Part shown: one piece after another, positions 30,514-40,852 of the stretch | Layout: every line of letters starts with the position of its first letter | Numbering within the stretch: the stretch's first letter is position 1 | Source: an uncultured Gemmatimonadales bacterium | Lineage (GTDB): Bacteria > Gemmatimonadota > Gemmatimonadetes > Gemmatimonadales > GWC2-71-9 | Reading direction: 5' to 3' | Length of the DNA stretch: 64,000 bases | Assembly (NCBI GenBank): GCA_963707875.1 | Contig: CAVPRU010000003.1 | Coordinates: forward strand, 358,498-422,497 | The notes under the pieces: generated by a model | Told to the model about the DNA's origin: nothing | Seen by the model: the letters and a program-made list of their open reading frames with translations, nothing else | The model's database searches: none | Program-made: the position numbers and the translations under genes

Positions 30514-30876
30514 ATGCGTCTCCCACTCCTTGTCACGGCCGTGCTCCTGCTCTGCGCCTGCCTCACCGGCGGCACCGCGCCCGGCGCTGCCAGCCCATCG
30601 CCGCTCCGGGAAGGCAACTCCGCCGTCCTCCGGGTCACCAACGGGACCTTCGCCGACTTCAACATCTACGTCTCCTGGAACTCGGCCCGCACCCGCCTGG
30701 GGCGGTCCCGGGCCAACTCGCAGGAGTACTTCCCGATTCCCGAGAGCGTGGTCGGCGAGGGCGGCCGGCGGCTCCGGTTTCTGGCCGAACCGACCGGGGC
30801 CCGGGTCACCGGCATCACCCGGGAGTTCAGCGTTTCGAAGGGCGATACCGTCTTCGTCGACATCCCCCCCACCTGA
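30514..30876 (+). CDS. Hypothetical lipoprotein
   Basis: Signal peptide with lipobox-like LCAC; small beta-rich domain similar to the next gene. Confidence 0.65.
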   Translation: MRLPLLVTAVLLLCACLTGGTAPGAASPSPLREGNSAVLRVTNGTFADFNIYVSWNSARTRLGRSRANSQEYFPIPESVVGEGGRRLRFLAEPTGARVTGITREFSVSKGDTVFVDIPPT

Positions 30877-30891
30877 TCGAGAAGGTCCACC

Positions 30892-31242
30892 ATGCCCAGA
30901 TATTCCTCCGTCCTGACCCTGGCCCTGACCGGACTCCTGCTGGTGGGATGCGGCCAGAAGTCGGCGGGAGGGGTTGACCCGCTCGACAAGTCCTACGTGG
31001 AAGTCGTCAACCTGGGCTTCCTCGACGTCAACATCTACGTCGTCCGCAGCGGCAGCCGCGTCAAGCTCGGTACCGTGTCTGGGAACGGCACGGTCCGGCT
31101 GGAGATCCCCCGGTCCTACGTCAATCCGGGCCTGCCGGTCCGATTCATGGCCGACCCGATCGGATCCAGTCGCACCCCGTACAGCACGGAGATTCCGGTC
31201 TTCCCCGGCGGGACGATCACCCTCCGGATTCCGCCGATCTAG
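30892..31242 (+). CDS. Hypothetical lipoprotein, paralogue of the upstream gene
   Basis: Lipobox LVGC; shares the V.N..F.D.NIYV...R..LG pattern with 30514-30876. Confidence 0.7.
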   Translation: MPRYSSVLTLALTGLLLVGCGQKSAGGVDPLDKSYVEVVNLGFLDVNIYVVRSGSRVKLGTVSGNGTVRLEIPRSYVNPGLPVRFMADPIGSSRTPYSTEIPVFPGGTITLRIPPI

Positions 31243-31248
31243 CCGGAT

Positions 31249-32568
31249 TCAGTCCAGCACCCCACTCGCCCGCAGGGCTCCGATCGATTCCCGATACGGT
31301 CGGAGCCCGGCCCCCAGCACCGCCACCGCGCCCACCAACCCGACCCCGGTCACCAGCGCCAGCGAATAGCGGAGCGCGGCATCGGCCTGGAACAGATAGT
31401 CGGTGGCCAGCGCCACCGCCGTCGGACCAAACCCCAGACCGACGATCGACACCACAAAGAGGTAGAGGGCCGACGCCTGGGCCCGCATCCGGCCGGGCAC
31501 CAGCTCCTGGACCGCCGCCGCCGCGACCCCGAACGGCGCCGAGGCAAAGAAGCTCAGGGGAAAGATCCAGACCGCGGCCCCGAGGCCGGTCGGCATCAGC
31601 GGGGTGACCACGTCGCAGACCAGCAGGCCGAGCGCGGCATAGAGGCAGACCCGGATCTTGGCGTCCTCCACCCCCCGGCTCTGCATCCAGTCGGACAGCC
31701 TGCCGGCCAGCACCACCCCGGCAATCCCGAAGGTCAGGTTCGCGATCCCGAGCAGGTAGCCCGCCTGGGATACCGTCCAGCCGTGGGTCCGGACGAAGAA
31801 GGTGGGAAGCCAGGACCCCATCCCGTAGTTGGCGAGGGCAATCAGGGCGGCGCCGACATGATGGGTGCCGAATGTGGTCCGGTGCGCCTTGATGTGGGCG
31901 ATCACGTCGGCTACCGGGATCGCTTCGGCGCCGGGCGACTGGCGCGGCGGCTCCTTGACGGTCCACATCAGGGCGGCGATCAGCAGCCCCGGAATCCCGA
32001 CCACGAAGAACACCACCTGCCAGGGCCGCACCGCGCCCACCACCGGCACCAGCCAGTCGACTTCGCCCCCGACCGCGCCCACCACCGCGCCACCGATGAT
32101 CTGGGCCAGCCCCACGCCGAGGTAGATCCCCATCGAGAAGGTCCCGATTGCGGTGCCCAGCTTCTCGCGCGGGAAGTAGTCGGCGATCATCGAATAGGCC
32201 GGCGGATGGAGCGCCGCCTCCCCGACCCCGACCCCGATCCGGGCCAGCAGCAGCTGGGAATAGTTTCGCGCCACCCCGCACAGCGCGGTCATCACCGACC
32301 AGACCGCCACCCCGGCCGCGATGATCCCCCGCCGGCTCTTCGAATCGGCCAACCGGGCAATCGGGAACCCGAGCAGGGTATAGAGGATGGCAAACGAGAG
32401 CCCCAGCAGCAGGCTCATCTGGGTGTCGGTGATCGCCAGGTCGCGCCGGATCGGCCCCACCAGCAGGGTCAGGATCTGCCGGTCGACGAACGAGGAGATG
32501 TTGGCCAGGGTGAGCACCCCGACCACATACCAGGCGTATCGGGGGATCCGGACGGCGGGTGAAGGCAT
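31249..32568 (-). CDS. MFS transporter (spinster-like)
   Basis: SFVDRQIL, GFPIARLADSKSRR, GVGEAALHPPAYSMIADYFP; about 12 TM. Confidence 0.9.
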   Translation of the reverse strand: MPSPAVRIPRYAWYVVGVLTLANISSFVDRQILTLLVGPIRRDLAITDTQMSLLLGLSFAILYTLLGFPIARLADSKSRRGIIAAGVAVWSVMTALCGVARNYSQLLLARIGVGVGEAALHPPAYSMIADYFPREKLGTAIGTFSMGIYLGVGLAQIIGGAVVGAVGGEVDWLVPVVGAVRPWQVVFFVVGIPGLLIAALMWTVKEPPRQSPGAEAIPVADVIAHIKAHRTTFGTHHVGAALIALANYGMGSWLPTFFVRTHGWTVSQAGYLLGIANLTFGIAGVVLAGRLSDWMQSRGVEDAKIRVCLYAALGLLVCDVVTPLMPTGLGAAVWIFPLSFFASAPFGVAAAAVQELVPGRMRAQASALYLFVVSIVGLGFGPTAVALATDYLFQADAALRYSLALVTGVGLVGAVAVLGAGLRPYRESIGALRASGVLD

Positions 32569-32615
32569 CTTCAAGAGTCACCCCGGGGACGGACTTGGCA
32601 CAACCCGGGGCCACC

Positions 32616-32690
32616 CGGTACAATCCGACCGCCACTCGAACGGTACTATCCGACAGCGACTCGAGCAGCAGGATCGGACCGCCACCCGAA
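32616..32690. repeat. Three imperfect 25-bp tandem repeats in a divergent intergenic region
   Basis: cggtacaatccgaccgccactcgaa / cggtactatccgacagcgactcgag / cagcaggatcggaccgccacccgaa; 4 and 6 mismatches to unit 1. Confidence 0.75.
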
Positions 32691-32706
32691 CTGGAGCGAA
32701 TCACAT

Positions 32707-33201
32707 TTGACGCTGCGACACCTCTGGCTGGGAACCGCCTTGCTGTCCTTGGCTTGCGGGGACCGGACCGAGACCCCGGTTCCCCCCGCTCCGCCACCGA
32801 TCCAGGCCCCCGCCTCGGTCATGGGGGAGATCGTCGGCCGGAACGTGATCTGGGGCGACCTGTTCGCCCGGGGAGACGCCGAGGGGCTGGCCCAGCTGTA
32901 TGCCGCCAACGCGGTGCTGATGACCCCGCAGGGCGACCTGGTCGGCACCGACGCCATCCGGGATCACTTCATTCTGCTGTTCGCGACCCGCACCGACACC
33001 ATCCTCGGCACCAACACCGCCACCGAGGCCCTCGACGTGGCCGGCAACTCGGCCTACGAAACCGGTACCCTGGCTCGGACGGTGCGACCGCTGGGCGACA
33101 CTACCACTCCGCCGCGGGAGGCGCGACTGCGGTACTCGACCTGGTGGGAGCGGGCTCCGGACGGTCAGTGGCTGATTCGCCGCAGCCTGCGGGCGCCCTG
33201 A
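32707..33201 (+). CDS. NTF2/SnoaL-like (DUF4440) lipoprotein
   Basis: Lipobox SLAC; [24 protein letters not shown]....DGQWLI. Confidence 0.7.
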   Translation: MTLRHLWLGTALLSLACGDRTETPVPPAPPPIQAPASVMGEIVGRNVIWGDLFARGDAEGLAQLYAANAVLMTPQGDLVGTDAIRDHFILLFATRTDTILGTNTATEALDVAGNSAYETGTLARTVRPLGDTTTPPREARLRYSTWWERAPDGQWLIRRSLRAP

Positions 33202-33205
33202 CCCG

Positions 33206-34156
33206 ATGACCCTTCGGCTGCCGCAGCCTTCGCCGTTCCGGACCCTGACCCGCGCCCAGTGGAAGCGCCGGCGCGCCGAGACGCCGCTCACCCTGACCGA
33301 CGAAGACCTCGACCGGCTCCGCGGGGTCAACGAACCGATCTCGCTCCGCGAGGTCACCGACATCTACCTGCCGCTGTCGCGCCTGCTGAGCTTCCACGTC
33401 CGGGCGGTGCAGGAGCTCCACGACTCGACCGGCCAGTTCCTCAACAACAAGGCACCCAAGGTCCCCTTCATCCTCGGGATTGCCGGGAGCGTGGCGGTCG
33501 GCAAGAGCACCACGGCCCGGGTGCTCCAGGCATTGCTGGCCCGGTGGCCCGGACATCCCCGGGTGGATCTGGTCACCACCGACGGGTTCCTCTATCCGAA
33601 CCGGGTCCTCAAGCGCCGCGGCCTGATGCAGCGGAAGGGATTCCCCGAGAGCTACGACCTGCGGAAGCTGATCCAGTTCCTGGCCGCGGTGAAGTCGGGA
33701 CGGGCCGCGGTCGAGGCGCCGGTCTACTCCCACCTGACCTATGATGTGGTGCGGGGCCGCAAGCTGGTGATCCACCGGCCCGACATCCTGATCCTCGAGG
33801 GGCTCGGCGTGCTGCACACCGGGACCGCCCAGCCCGGGAACGGGCCCCAGGTGTTCGTCTCCGACTTCTTCGACTTCTCGATCTACGTCGACGCCGAGGA
33901 ATCCGATATCCGCCGGTGGTTCGTGGACCGGTTCCTGACCTTCCGGAGCACCGCCTTCCGCGATCCCAAGTCGTACTTCCACCGCTTTGCCGACCTGACC
34001 ACCCCGGCGGCCAAGCGGATGGCCGCCCAGGTCTGGCGCGAGATCAACGGACCCAACCTTCGCCAGAGCATTCTGCCGACCCGGACCCGGGCCAATCTCA
34101 TCCTCGAGAAGGGCCGGGATCACAGCATTCACCGGGTCCGGCTCCGTCGCCTCTGA
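33206..34156 (+). CDS. coaA: Type I pantothenate kinase
   Basis: [67 protein letters not shown]. Confidence 0.95.
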   Translation: MTLRLPQPSPFRTLTRAQWKRRRAETPLTLTDEDLDRLRGVNEPISLREVTDIYLPLSRLLSFHVRAVQELHDSTGQFLNNKAPKVPFILGIAGSVAVGKSTTARVLQALLARWPGHPRVDLVTTDGFLYPNRVLKRRGLMQRKGFPESYDLRKLIQFLAAVKSGRAAVEAPVYSHLTYDVVRGRKLVIHRPDILILEGLGVLHTGTAQPGNGPQVFVSDFFDFSIYVDAEESDIRRWFVDRFLTFRSTAFRDPKSYFHRFADLTTPAAKRMAAQVWREINGPNLRQSILPTRTRANLILEKGRDHSIHRVRLRRL

Positions 34157-34184
34157 CCCTTCCCTCCACGCTGGAATCCCCGTC

Positions 34185-36219
34185 ATGAAGCTCTCGATCC
34201 TGTTGCTGGGCTCACTCGCCATCGCCACTCCCGCTGGCGGCTCAGATTCCCGGCACCCGCACCCTGACCGTGGACGACCTGTTCGCGCTCCAGCGGGTGT
34301 CCGACCCGCAGGTCAGCCCCGACGGCCGGTGGGTGGCCTATGTCGTGGGGACCACGACCCTCAAGGACGAGAAGAGCGTCAGCCGGATCTGGATGATGCC
34401 CCTCGCCGGCGGCGATCCGATTCCGATGACCACGAAGGGTGGCTCGGCCTCCTCCCCCCGCTGGAGCCCGGACGGCAAGTCGCTCGGGTTCCTGGCCGCA
34501 CGCCAGGAAGGGAAGACCCAGGTCTGGACCCTCAATCGTCAGGGCGGCGAGGCGGAGCAGCTCACCGAGGTCAAGCAGGGCGTCAGCGGGTTCGAGTGGA
34601 GTCCGGACGGGGGACGCCTCGCTCTGCTGATCAGCGACATGAACCCGGAGGAGCGGGGGGACACCAGCTGGATCGGGCGGGCGGCCAAGACGCCGGAGCC
34701 CTGGGTGATGGACCGGCTTCAGTTCAAGCGGGACAACATCGGCTACCTGAACGACCAGCGGACCCATCTATACGTCTTTGACGTCGCGGGCAAGAAGCTG
34801 CGGCAGCTGACCGAGGGCGCCTGGGATGACGGGAGCCCGGCGTGGAGTCCGGACGGGCGGTCGATCGCGTTCGTCAGCAACCGCGACTCGGTGGACGGGA
34901 CCTACAACTCCGAATATCTGGATCGTTAGCGCCGACGACACGACCAGAGGCACGTCGACTCGGCGGCTGACCACCAACGGCGGGCAGGACGGGTCGCCAG
35001 CCTGGAGCCCGGACGGCGAAGTGGATCGCCTATACCACTCAGCCGTCTACCGAACCGGTGGCCCTGATCTATGATCCAAGCCAGCTGGCGATTATTGCCG
35101 CCTCGGGCGGGCACCCCTCGGCTGGTCACAAAGAGCCTCGACCGCGACCTCAGCCGCCCCCGCTGGACCCCGGATGGCAGCCGGATCTTCGCGAGCTGGA
35201 GGACAGCGGCGACGAGCACCTGGTGTCGATCGACGCCCAGAGTGGTACCATGACCAGGACTGATCGCGGGACCAGGACTGTAGGCGCCTGGTCCCTGGCA
35301 CCCGACGGCACCCCGGTGGCGATCATCTCCGAACCGCATCTGCCGGGCGAGACTCTTCGTGGCCCGGAACAGCGGACTCACTCGGCTGACCCACGTCAAC
35401 CAGACCCTGGTGGACTCGCTCCGGCTGGGCGAGGTCCGCGACATCCACTTCAAGAGCAGGGATGGCACGGCGGTCGAGGCCTTCGTCTACACCCCGCCCG
35501 ACTACGTGGCCGGTCAGCGGTACCCTACGCTGTTGCGGATCCATGGCGGTCCGGTGTCGCAGTACGACCGGGGGTTCAACTTCGAGGCCCAGCTGTTCGC
35601 GGCCAACGGGTATGTGGTGGTGATGACCAATCCCCGCGGGTCGAGTGGTTACGGCAGCAAGTTCGCGCGGGCCATCATGGCCGACTGGGGGACCAAGGAT
35701 TTCGAGGACGTGATGGCGGCGGTGGACGAGACTATCCGGCTGGGCTATGCCGATCCGGACCGGCTGGGGGTGGGTGGCTGGTCGTACGGCGGGATCCTCA
35801 CCAACTATGTCATCACCAAGAGCACCCGGTTCAAGGGAGCGGTGACCGGGGCCAGCGAGGTGCTCTACACCGCCAACTACGGCCACGACCACTATCAGTA
35901 TCTCTGGGAGATCGAGATGGGGTTGCCGTGGGAGAACCAGAAGGAGTGGGATCGGATCAGTCCGTTCTGGAGCGTGGACAAGATCGCCACGCCGACCCTG
36001 ATCATGGGTGGCGAGAAGGACTGGAACGTCCCGATCCTCAACTCGGAGCAGCTCTACCAGGCGCTCAAGCGGCTGGGGCGGACGACACAGCTGGTGGTGT
36101 ATCCGGGCCAGCACCATGGGATCCAGAAGCCGAGCTATCAGAAGGACCGATTGCAGCGGTATCTGGAGTGGTATGCCAAGTACGTGAAGACGGCCAGTGG
36201 CAACGCGACATCTCCGTAG
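34185..36219 (+). CDS. S9 family (acylaminoacyl/dipeptidyl) peptidase with PD40 repeats, split by several frameshifts
   Basis: DPQVSPDG/WSPDG propeller in ORF 34270-34929; IHGGP, NPRGSSGYG, GWSYGG (catalytic Ser), GEKDWNVP, YPGQHH in ORF 35359-36219. Indels lie between about 34250 and 35370. Confidence 0.85.
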
Positions 36220-36565
36220 CGCGGCCTTCCTGTCGGCTGTCGGCGTAGCCGCGTTGTCGGGGTGCGGGGTCCTGACGGATGGGACCGTCTGCACCACCGA
36301 GTTCAGGCCGGGCATCGTGCTGGAGATCGTCGATATCGTGACCGGGGTCAGTCCTCTCGTCCCGTCGGTGATCACCGTGACCGATGGGTCGTTCGAAGAG
36401 CGGTACCCACCGGCCGGGGTCGCGGGCGTGGTCCTCCCGGAATACCGTTTCGCGGGCGAACGGTCCGGCCGCTATTCGATCCTGGTGGAGACCCCGGGGT
36501 ACCTGGACTGGTCCACGTCGAACATCCAGGGTCCGCAAGGACGAGTGCCACGTGACAGACCGTGA
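36197..36565 (+). CDS. Hypothetical lipoprotein (probable frameshift near 36530; true end slightly downstream)
   Basis: Lipobox LSGC; CTTEF..GI...ER.G.Y.I.VE.PGY..W; another frame continues VRKDECHV. Confidence 0.6.
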   Translation: MATRHLRSAAFLSAVGVAALSGCGVLTDGTVCTTEFRPGIVLEIVDIVTGVSPLVPSVITVTDGSFEERYPPAGVAGVVLPEYRFAGERSGRYSILVETPGYLDWSTSNIQGPQGRVPRDRP

Positions 36566-36696
36566 GGATCACGGCTCGGCTCAAGCGGTGACCCTCAGCC
36601 TGCAATACTCGTCATGCCGCCCCCGACCAGCCCCGGTTTGCCAGGTCTCAAGGGAAACCGCTACCTTTGAGGCAGCACTTCCCTGGAGTGGACCCG

Positions 36697-36918
36697 ATGA
36701 CCCGCGAAACCCTCGAAGCTCAGCTTCGCCGTTTGCGGCCGGAGGACCGGGCCCACCTCGCTCGCGTGCTCCTTGAAAGCCTCGACGACGAGCTGGAGCT
36801 CGACCCGGCGTGGCTGGAGGAGGCCGAGCGTCGGGCCGCGGAGTTGCTCGCTGGCACGGTGGAAGTAGTTCCAGCCGCAGACGCTTTCGCCAATGCCCGC
36901 CGCCGCCTCACCGGATGA
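36697..36918 (+). CDS. Putative addiction module antitoxin
   Basis: L..L.PEDRA.LA..LLESLD...W.EEAERR; ATGA overlap with the ParE gene. Confidence 0.8.
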   Translation: MTRETLEAQLRRLRPEDRAHLARVLLESLDDELELDPAWLEEAERRAAELLAGTVEVVPAADAFANARRRLTG

Positions 36919-37229
36919 CCATTGGCTTTCACCCGCTTGCCAATCAAGAGCTTACCGAGGCCGGCCGGTTCTATGAGGCCCGGGCGGAGGGGTTAGGGTC
37001 GCGGTTTCTCGACGCCGCGGAGCGGGCCGTGCACCTGCTCGAGGCCCATCCCGAGTTGGGAAGGCCACTGTCGAAGTCCATTCGAGGCCTCCCCGTACCG
37101 CAGTTTCCGTACACCGTGGTGTATCGCGTCGAGTCAGACCGGACAAGAGCGCCCATCTTGCGGCTCCGCCGCAAGCGCCCTCGCAGCCGAAATCCGATCC
37201 GGGGCGAGATCGCCGACTACTACGATTGA
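36915..37229 (+). CDS. RelE/ParE family toxin; C-terminus appears replaced by a HigB-like tail
   Basis: FHPLANQELTEAGRFYE...LGSRFLDA...FPYTVVYRV; the usual AVAH..R.P.YW end is missing and the ORF ends EIADYYD. Confidence 0.7.
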   Translation: MTIGFHPLANQELTEAGRFYEARAEGLGSRFLDAAERAVHLLEAHPELGRPLSKSIRGLPVPQFPYTVVYRVESDRTRAPILRLRRKRPRSRNPIRGEIADYYD

Positions 37230-37245
37230 GGTGATGGAGGACAGT

Positions 37246-37368
37246 ATGGTTCGCATTCCCACGCCTGGCCAAGTACTCTGGCACGACCGCGGACCTCTGG
37301 ATGAACCCGCAGCTCCGCTGGGACCTCTATCATGCCCAGGCCGCCGAGGCTCGGGACTTGGACCGATG
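37246..37368 (+). pseudogene. higA: HigA antitoxin remnant with internal deletion
   Basis: MVRIPT joined out of frame to RLAKYSGTTADLWMNPQLRWDLYHAQAAEARDLDR*, i.e. the N- and C-termini of HigA without the HTH core; GGAGG RBS upstream. Confidence 0.7.
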
Positions 37369-37385
37369 ACCGGCCGCCAGGCCTC

Positions 37386-39980
37386 ATGAGCCTCGAGCGC
37401 CTCAAAACAGCCCTGTCCGACAAGTACCTGATCGAGCGCGAGCTCGGCCAGGGCGGCATGGCCACGGTCTACCTGGCGCAGGACCTCAAGCACGACCGCA
37501 AGGTCGCCCTCAAGGTCCTCAAGCCCGAACTCGCCGCCGTGATCGGCGCCGACCGGTTCGTGGTCGAGATCAAGACCACGGCGGCGCTCCAGCATCCCCA
37601 CATCCTGCCCCTGTTCGACTCTGGCACCGGCGACGGGTTCCTCTATTACGTCATGCCGTTCATCGACGGGGAAACGCTCCGCGCCAAGCTCGACCGGGAA
37701 ACGCAGCTCGGCATCGACGAAGCCGTAAAGATCACCACGGCCGTCGCCGATGCTCTCGACTACGCCCACCGCCACGGCGTCATCCACCGCGACATCAAGC
37801 CCGAGAACATCCTGCTCCACGACGGCCGGCCCATGGTGGCCGACTTCGGCATTGCCCTCGCCCTGAGCGCGGCCGCCGGCGGCCGGATGACCGAGACCGG
37901 CATGAGCCTCGGCACGCCGCACTACATGAGCCCCGAGCAGGCCACCGCCGAGAAGGAGATCACCGCCCGCTCCGACGTGTACTCGCTGGGCAGTGTGCTG
38001 TACGAGATGCTCACCGGCAATCCGCCGCACACCGGCGCCTCGGCCCAGCAGATCATCATGAAGATCGTGACCGAGGAGGCCGCTCCGGTCACCGCGATGC
38101 GGAAGGCGGTGCCACCCAACGTGGCGGCCGCGGTCGCCAAGTCGCTCGAGAAGCTGCCGGCCGACCGGTTTGCCACGGCAGCAGAGTTCGGGGCCGCCCT
38201 CGCGGACCTCAACTTCGTCTCGACCTCCACCACGTGCAGTCTGCCGCGGGCCACCGCCGCAGCCGGCTGGCGACCATCGCACCATGGGTGTGGCCGGCGT
38301 GGCGCTGGTGGCCGGATTGCTGGCCGGCGCACGCCTGCTGGCCCCGAAGGCCGAGATCCGGCCCCTCCGTCTCTCGGTCCCGGTGCCTGCCGAGTCGCCG
38401 CCGGTGGCCATTCGACTCTCGCCCGACGGCGGGACCCTGGCCTACGTCAGTGGTCAGGGCGACCGCCTCTCGATCTACACCCGGCGGCTCGACGGGTTGC
38501 AGGCGAGCCGGCTCGAAGGGACGGACGATGCCTTCACCATCAGCTTCTCCCCCGACGGCCAGACGATCGCGTTTCTGGGCAGCACCGGCGGACCGCGCAA
38601 GGTGCCCAGCGCCGGCGGCGCGTCCATCGCCATCCCGGTCGAGGGTGGGATCGGCCTCACCGGGATCGAGTTTGCCGGACCCGACCGGTTCGTGGTGGCC
38701 ACCGGGGGCGCCCTCGCCACCCTGGCGCCCAATGGTGCGCTGACCCGATTCGCGGTGCCGGACTCGGCCACCGGCAATACCGCCTGGGCCCTGGACCAGG
38801 TGCTCCCCGATGGCTGGGTCCTGGCGCGCTATTGGCGGGATCGGCGCCCACTGGGCCGGTCCTGGCGATCAATCCAGGGACCGGGAAGCGGGTGATGGTG
38901 CTCGACGTGGACGTGGCGTGGATCGGGTACGCTGACGGCCTGCTCCTCTGGGCGCTGGGCGACGGGACCCTGTTCGGAGCCCCGTGGGATCTCAAGACCA
39001 AGGGCCCGGTGGGGCCCGGGACCCCGCTGGGGGCCACCGTGCTTTCGATTCTCGGGTTCCTGCCCCCGGTGACGGTGGGGTCCGGCGGACTGGCGTATGT
39101 CCCGACCCAGCCGCGCGCGCTGGTCCGGGTATCGCGATCGGGCCAGGCTGCCGTGCTGCTCGGGACCGACCGGTCGTATCACAACCCGCGGGTGTCGCCG
39201 GACGGACGGCGCCTGTCGCTGGACTTTACCGAGCAGGAGCGTGACGTCTGGCTGTTCGACATCGCCGACTCCACCCTGACCCGGTTCGGGTTCGACTCTA
39301 CCGCGCACGACGCCGAGTGGCTGCCCGACGGGAGCGGTCTGCTTTTCGTCGTGGCAACGGCCGGAATCTTCGGGGAGTACCGACGCCAGTTCGACAAGGG
39401 GGGGCGGGCGGATTCGGTGTTTGTCGGGACGGGCCAGCTCTCGATCCACGCCATTACTCGCGACCAGCGCACCGGCATCGGGGTGGTCGTCGAAGGCTCG
39501 ACCTTCGACCTCGTCTCCATCGATCTCGACGACCCGGCGGGTGTCGACACCCTGCTGGGCACCCGCTACACGGAGGGGTGGCCCGCGCTCTCCCCCGACG
39601 AGCGGTGGCTCGCCTATCAGTCGGACGAGTCGGGTCGCATGGAGGTCTACCTCCGGGGCTGGCCGGATCTGGGATCCAAGGTGCAGGTGTCGCAGAACGG
39701 AGGCACCGAGCCGGCCTGGTCCCGCGACGGGAAGGAACTGTTCTACCGCTCCGGCGGAGGAGCGGAGCCGAAGCTGGTGTCGGCGACGATCGTGGGCGGA
39801 CGGGTCCAGACCCGGACGGAGCTGTTCGGCGTCGGCCGGTATGAGTTCGCCACGCCACACCGGAACTTCGACGTCTTTCCCGACGGCCGATCGTTCGTCA
39901 TGGTCCGGCAGGGCACGCCGGGACAGCTCGCGGAGATCGTCTACCTCCAGAACCTGTGGGGGCTGATGGCCGGGCGGTGA
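37386..39980 (+). CDS. Ser/Thr protein kinase with TM and TolB-like beta-propeller (compensating frameshifts near 38240 and 38840)
   Basis: LGQGGMATVYLA, VALK, HRDIKPENILL, DFG, GTPHYMSPEQ; C-terminal SPDG repeats. The true middle section is in ORF 38170-38895 (LSPDGGTLAYV, FSPDGQTIAF). Confidence 0.88.
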   Translation: MSLERLKTALSDKYLIERELGQGGMATVYLAQDLKHDRKVALKVLKPELAAVIGADRFVVEIKTTAALQHPHILPLFDSGTGDGFLYYVMPFIDGETLRAKLDRETQLGIDEAVKITTAVADALDYAHRHGVIHRDIKPENILLHDGRPMVADFGIALALSAAAGGRMTETGMSLGTPHYMSPEQATAEKEITARSDVYSLGSVLYEMLTGNPPHTGASAQQIIMKIVTEEAAPVTAMRKAVPPNVAAAVAKSLEKLPADRFATAAEFGAALADLNFVSTSTTCSLPRATAAAGWRPSHHGCGRRGAGGRIAGRRTPAGPEGRDPAPPSLGPGACRVAAGGHSTLARRRDPGLRQWSGRPPLDLHPAARRVAGEPARRDGRCLHHQLLPRRPDDRVSGQHRRTAQGAQRRRRVHRHPGRGWDRPHRDRVCRTRPVRGGHRGRPRHPGAQWCADPIRGAGLGHRQYRLGPGPGAPRWLGPGALLAGSAPTGPVLAINPGTGKRVMVLDVDVAWIGYADGLLLWALGDGTLFGAPWDLKTKGPVGPGTPLGATVLSILGFLPPVTVGSGGLAYVPTQPRALVRVSRSGQAAVLLGTDRSYHNPRVSPDGRRLSLDFTEQERDVWLFDIADSTLTRFGFDSTAHDAEWLPDGSGLLFVVATAGIFGEYRRQFDKGGRADSVFVGTGQLSIHAITRDQRTGIGVVVEGSTFDLVSIDLDDPAGVDTLLGTRYTEGWPALSPDERWLAYQSDESGRMEVYLRGWPDLGSKVQVSQNGGTEPAWSRDGKELFYRSGGGAEPKLVSATIVGGRVQTRTELFGVGRYEFATPHRNFDVFPDGRSFVMVRQGTPGQLAEIVYLQNLWGLMAGR

Positions 39981-39983
39981 GCG

Positions 39984-40766
39984 GTGGGCCCTCATCCTGC
40001 TCGATCCCGCGACCGGCTGGTCATTGCCCATCGCGGGGCCTCGGCGGAGGCGCCGGAGAACACCCTGCCGGCGTTCGAGCTGGCGGTCCGGCAGGGGTGT
40101 GACGCCTTCGAGCTGGATGTGCGGTTGACGAAGGACGGGGTGGCGGTGCTGATGCACGACCCCACCCTGGCCCGGACCTGTGGCAGTCCCGAGGCCGGTG
40201 GCGGACCTTACCTGGGACGAGGTCTGTGCCCGCGATGCCGGGGCGGGGTTCACCGCGGCGGATGGAAGCCATCCCTTTCGGGGGCCGAGGCATTCATCCG
40301 CCGGCGCTCTATCAGGTGCTTCGGGCCTTCCCCACCATGCCGATCCTGATCGAGTTGAAGGCCGTCGAGGCGCAGGACGAGGTGGCGGAGGTGCTGCTGG
40401 AGGAGCGGGCGGTGGAGCGGTGTGTGTCTGGCGTCGTTCCAGGACAAGGCACTCAGGGCCTTTCGGGAGCCGCCGTACCAGGTGGGGGCTAGCCGGCGGG
40501 ATATTCTGGGACTATACGTCAGGGCGAGGTTGGGGTTGCGGGTGGAGCCGCGGTGTCTGTGCTATGCGGTACCGGACCGGTGGAAGGGGCGGGTGGAGGT
40601 TCCGAGGGTTGAGGTGGTGGCGGCAGCCCGGGAGGCGGGTGTCCCGGTGCATGTCTGGACGGTGGATGAGCCGGACCGGGCAGTGGAGTTGTGGGATCGA
40701 GGGGTGTCGGGGATCATCACCAATCGGCCGGGGCGGATTAGAGCGGCCTCCGCCCAGGTGCGGTAA
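39984..40766 (+). CDS. Glycerophosphodiester phosphodiesterase (frameshifted)
   Basis: [43 protein letters not shown] spread over several frames. Confidence 0.82.
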
Positions 40767-40852
40767 CTGGGTGTTGCCACCTGTCACCGCATGCCACCCC
40801 AACCCGTCCCAACCAACAACCGCCTAGGCTGAGACAACCACCACCAACCCTT

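Noticed and set aside
2067-32690. Short tandem repeats as CRISPR arrays
   Set aside because: Only 2-3 adjacent units, no unique spacers and no cas genes in the window.
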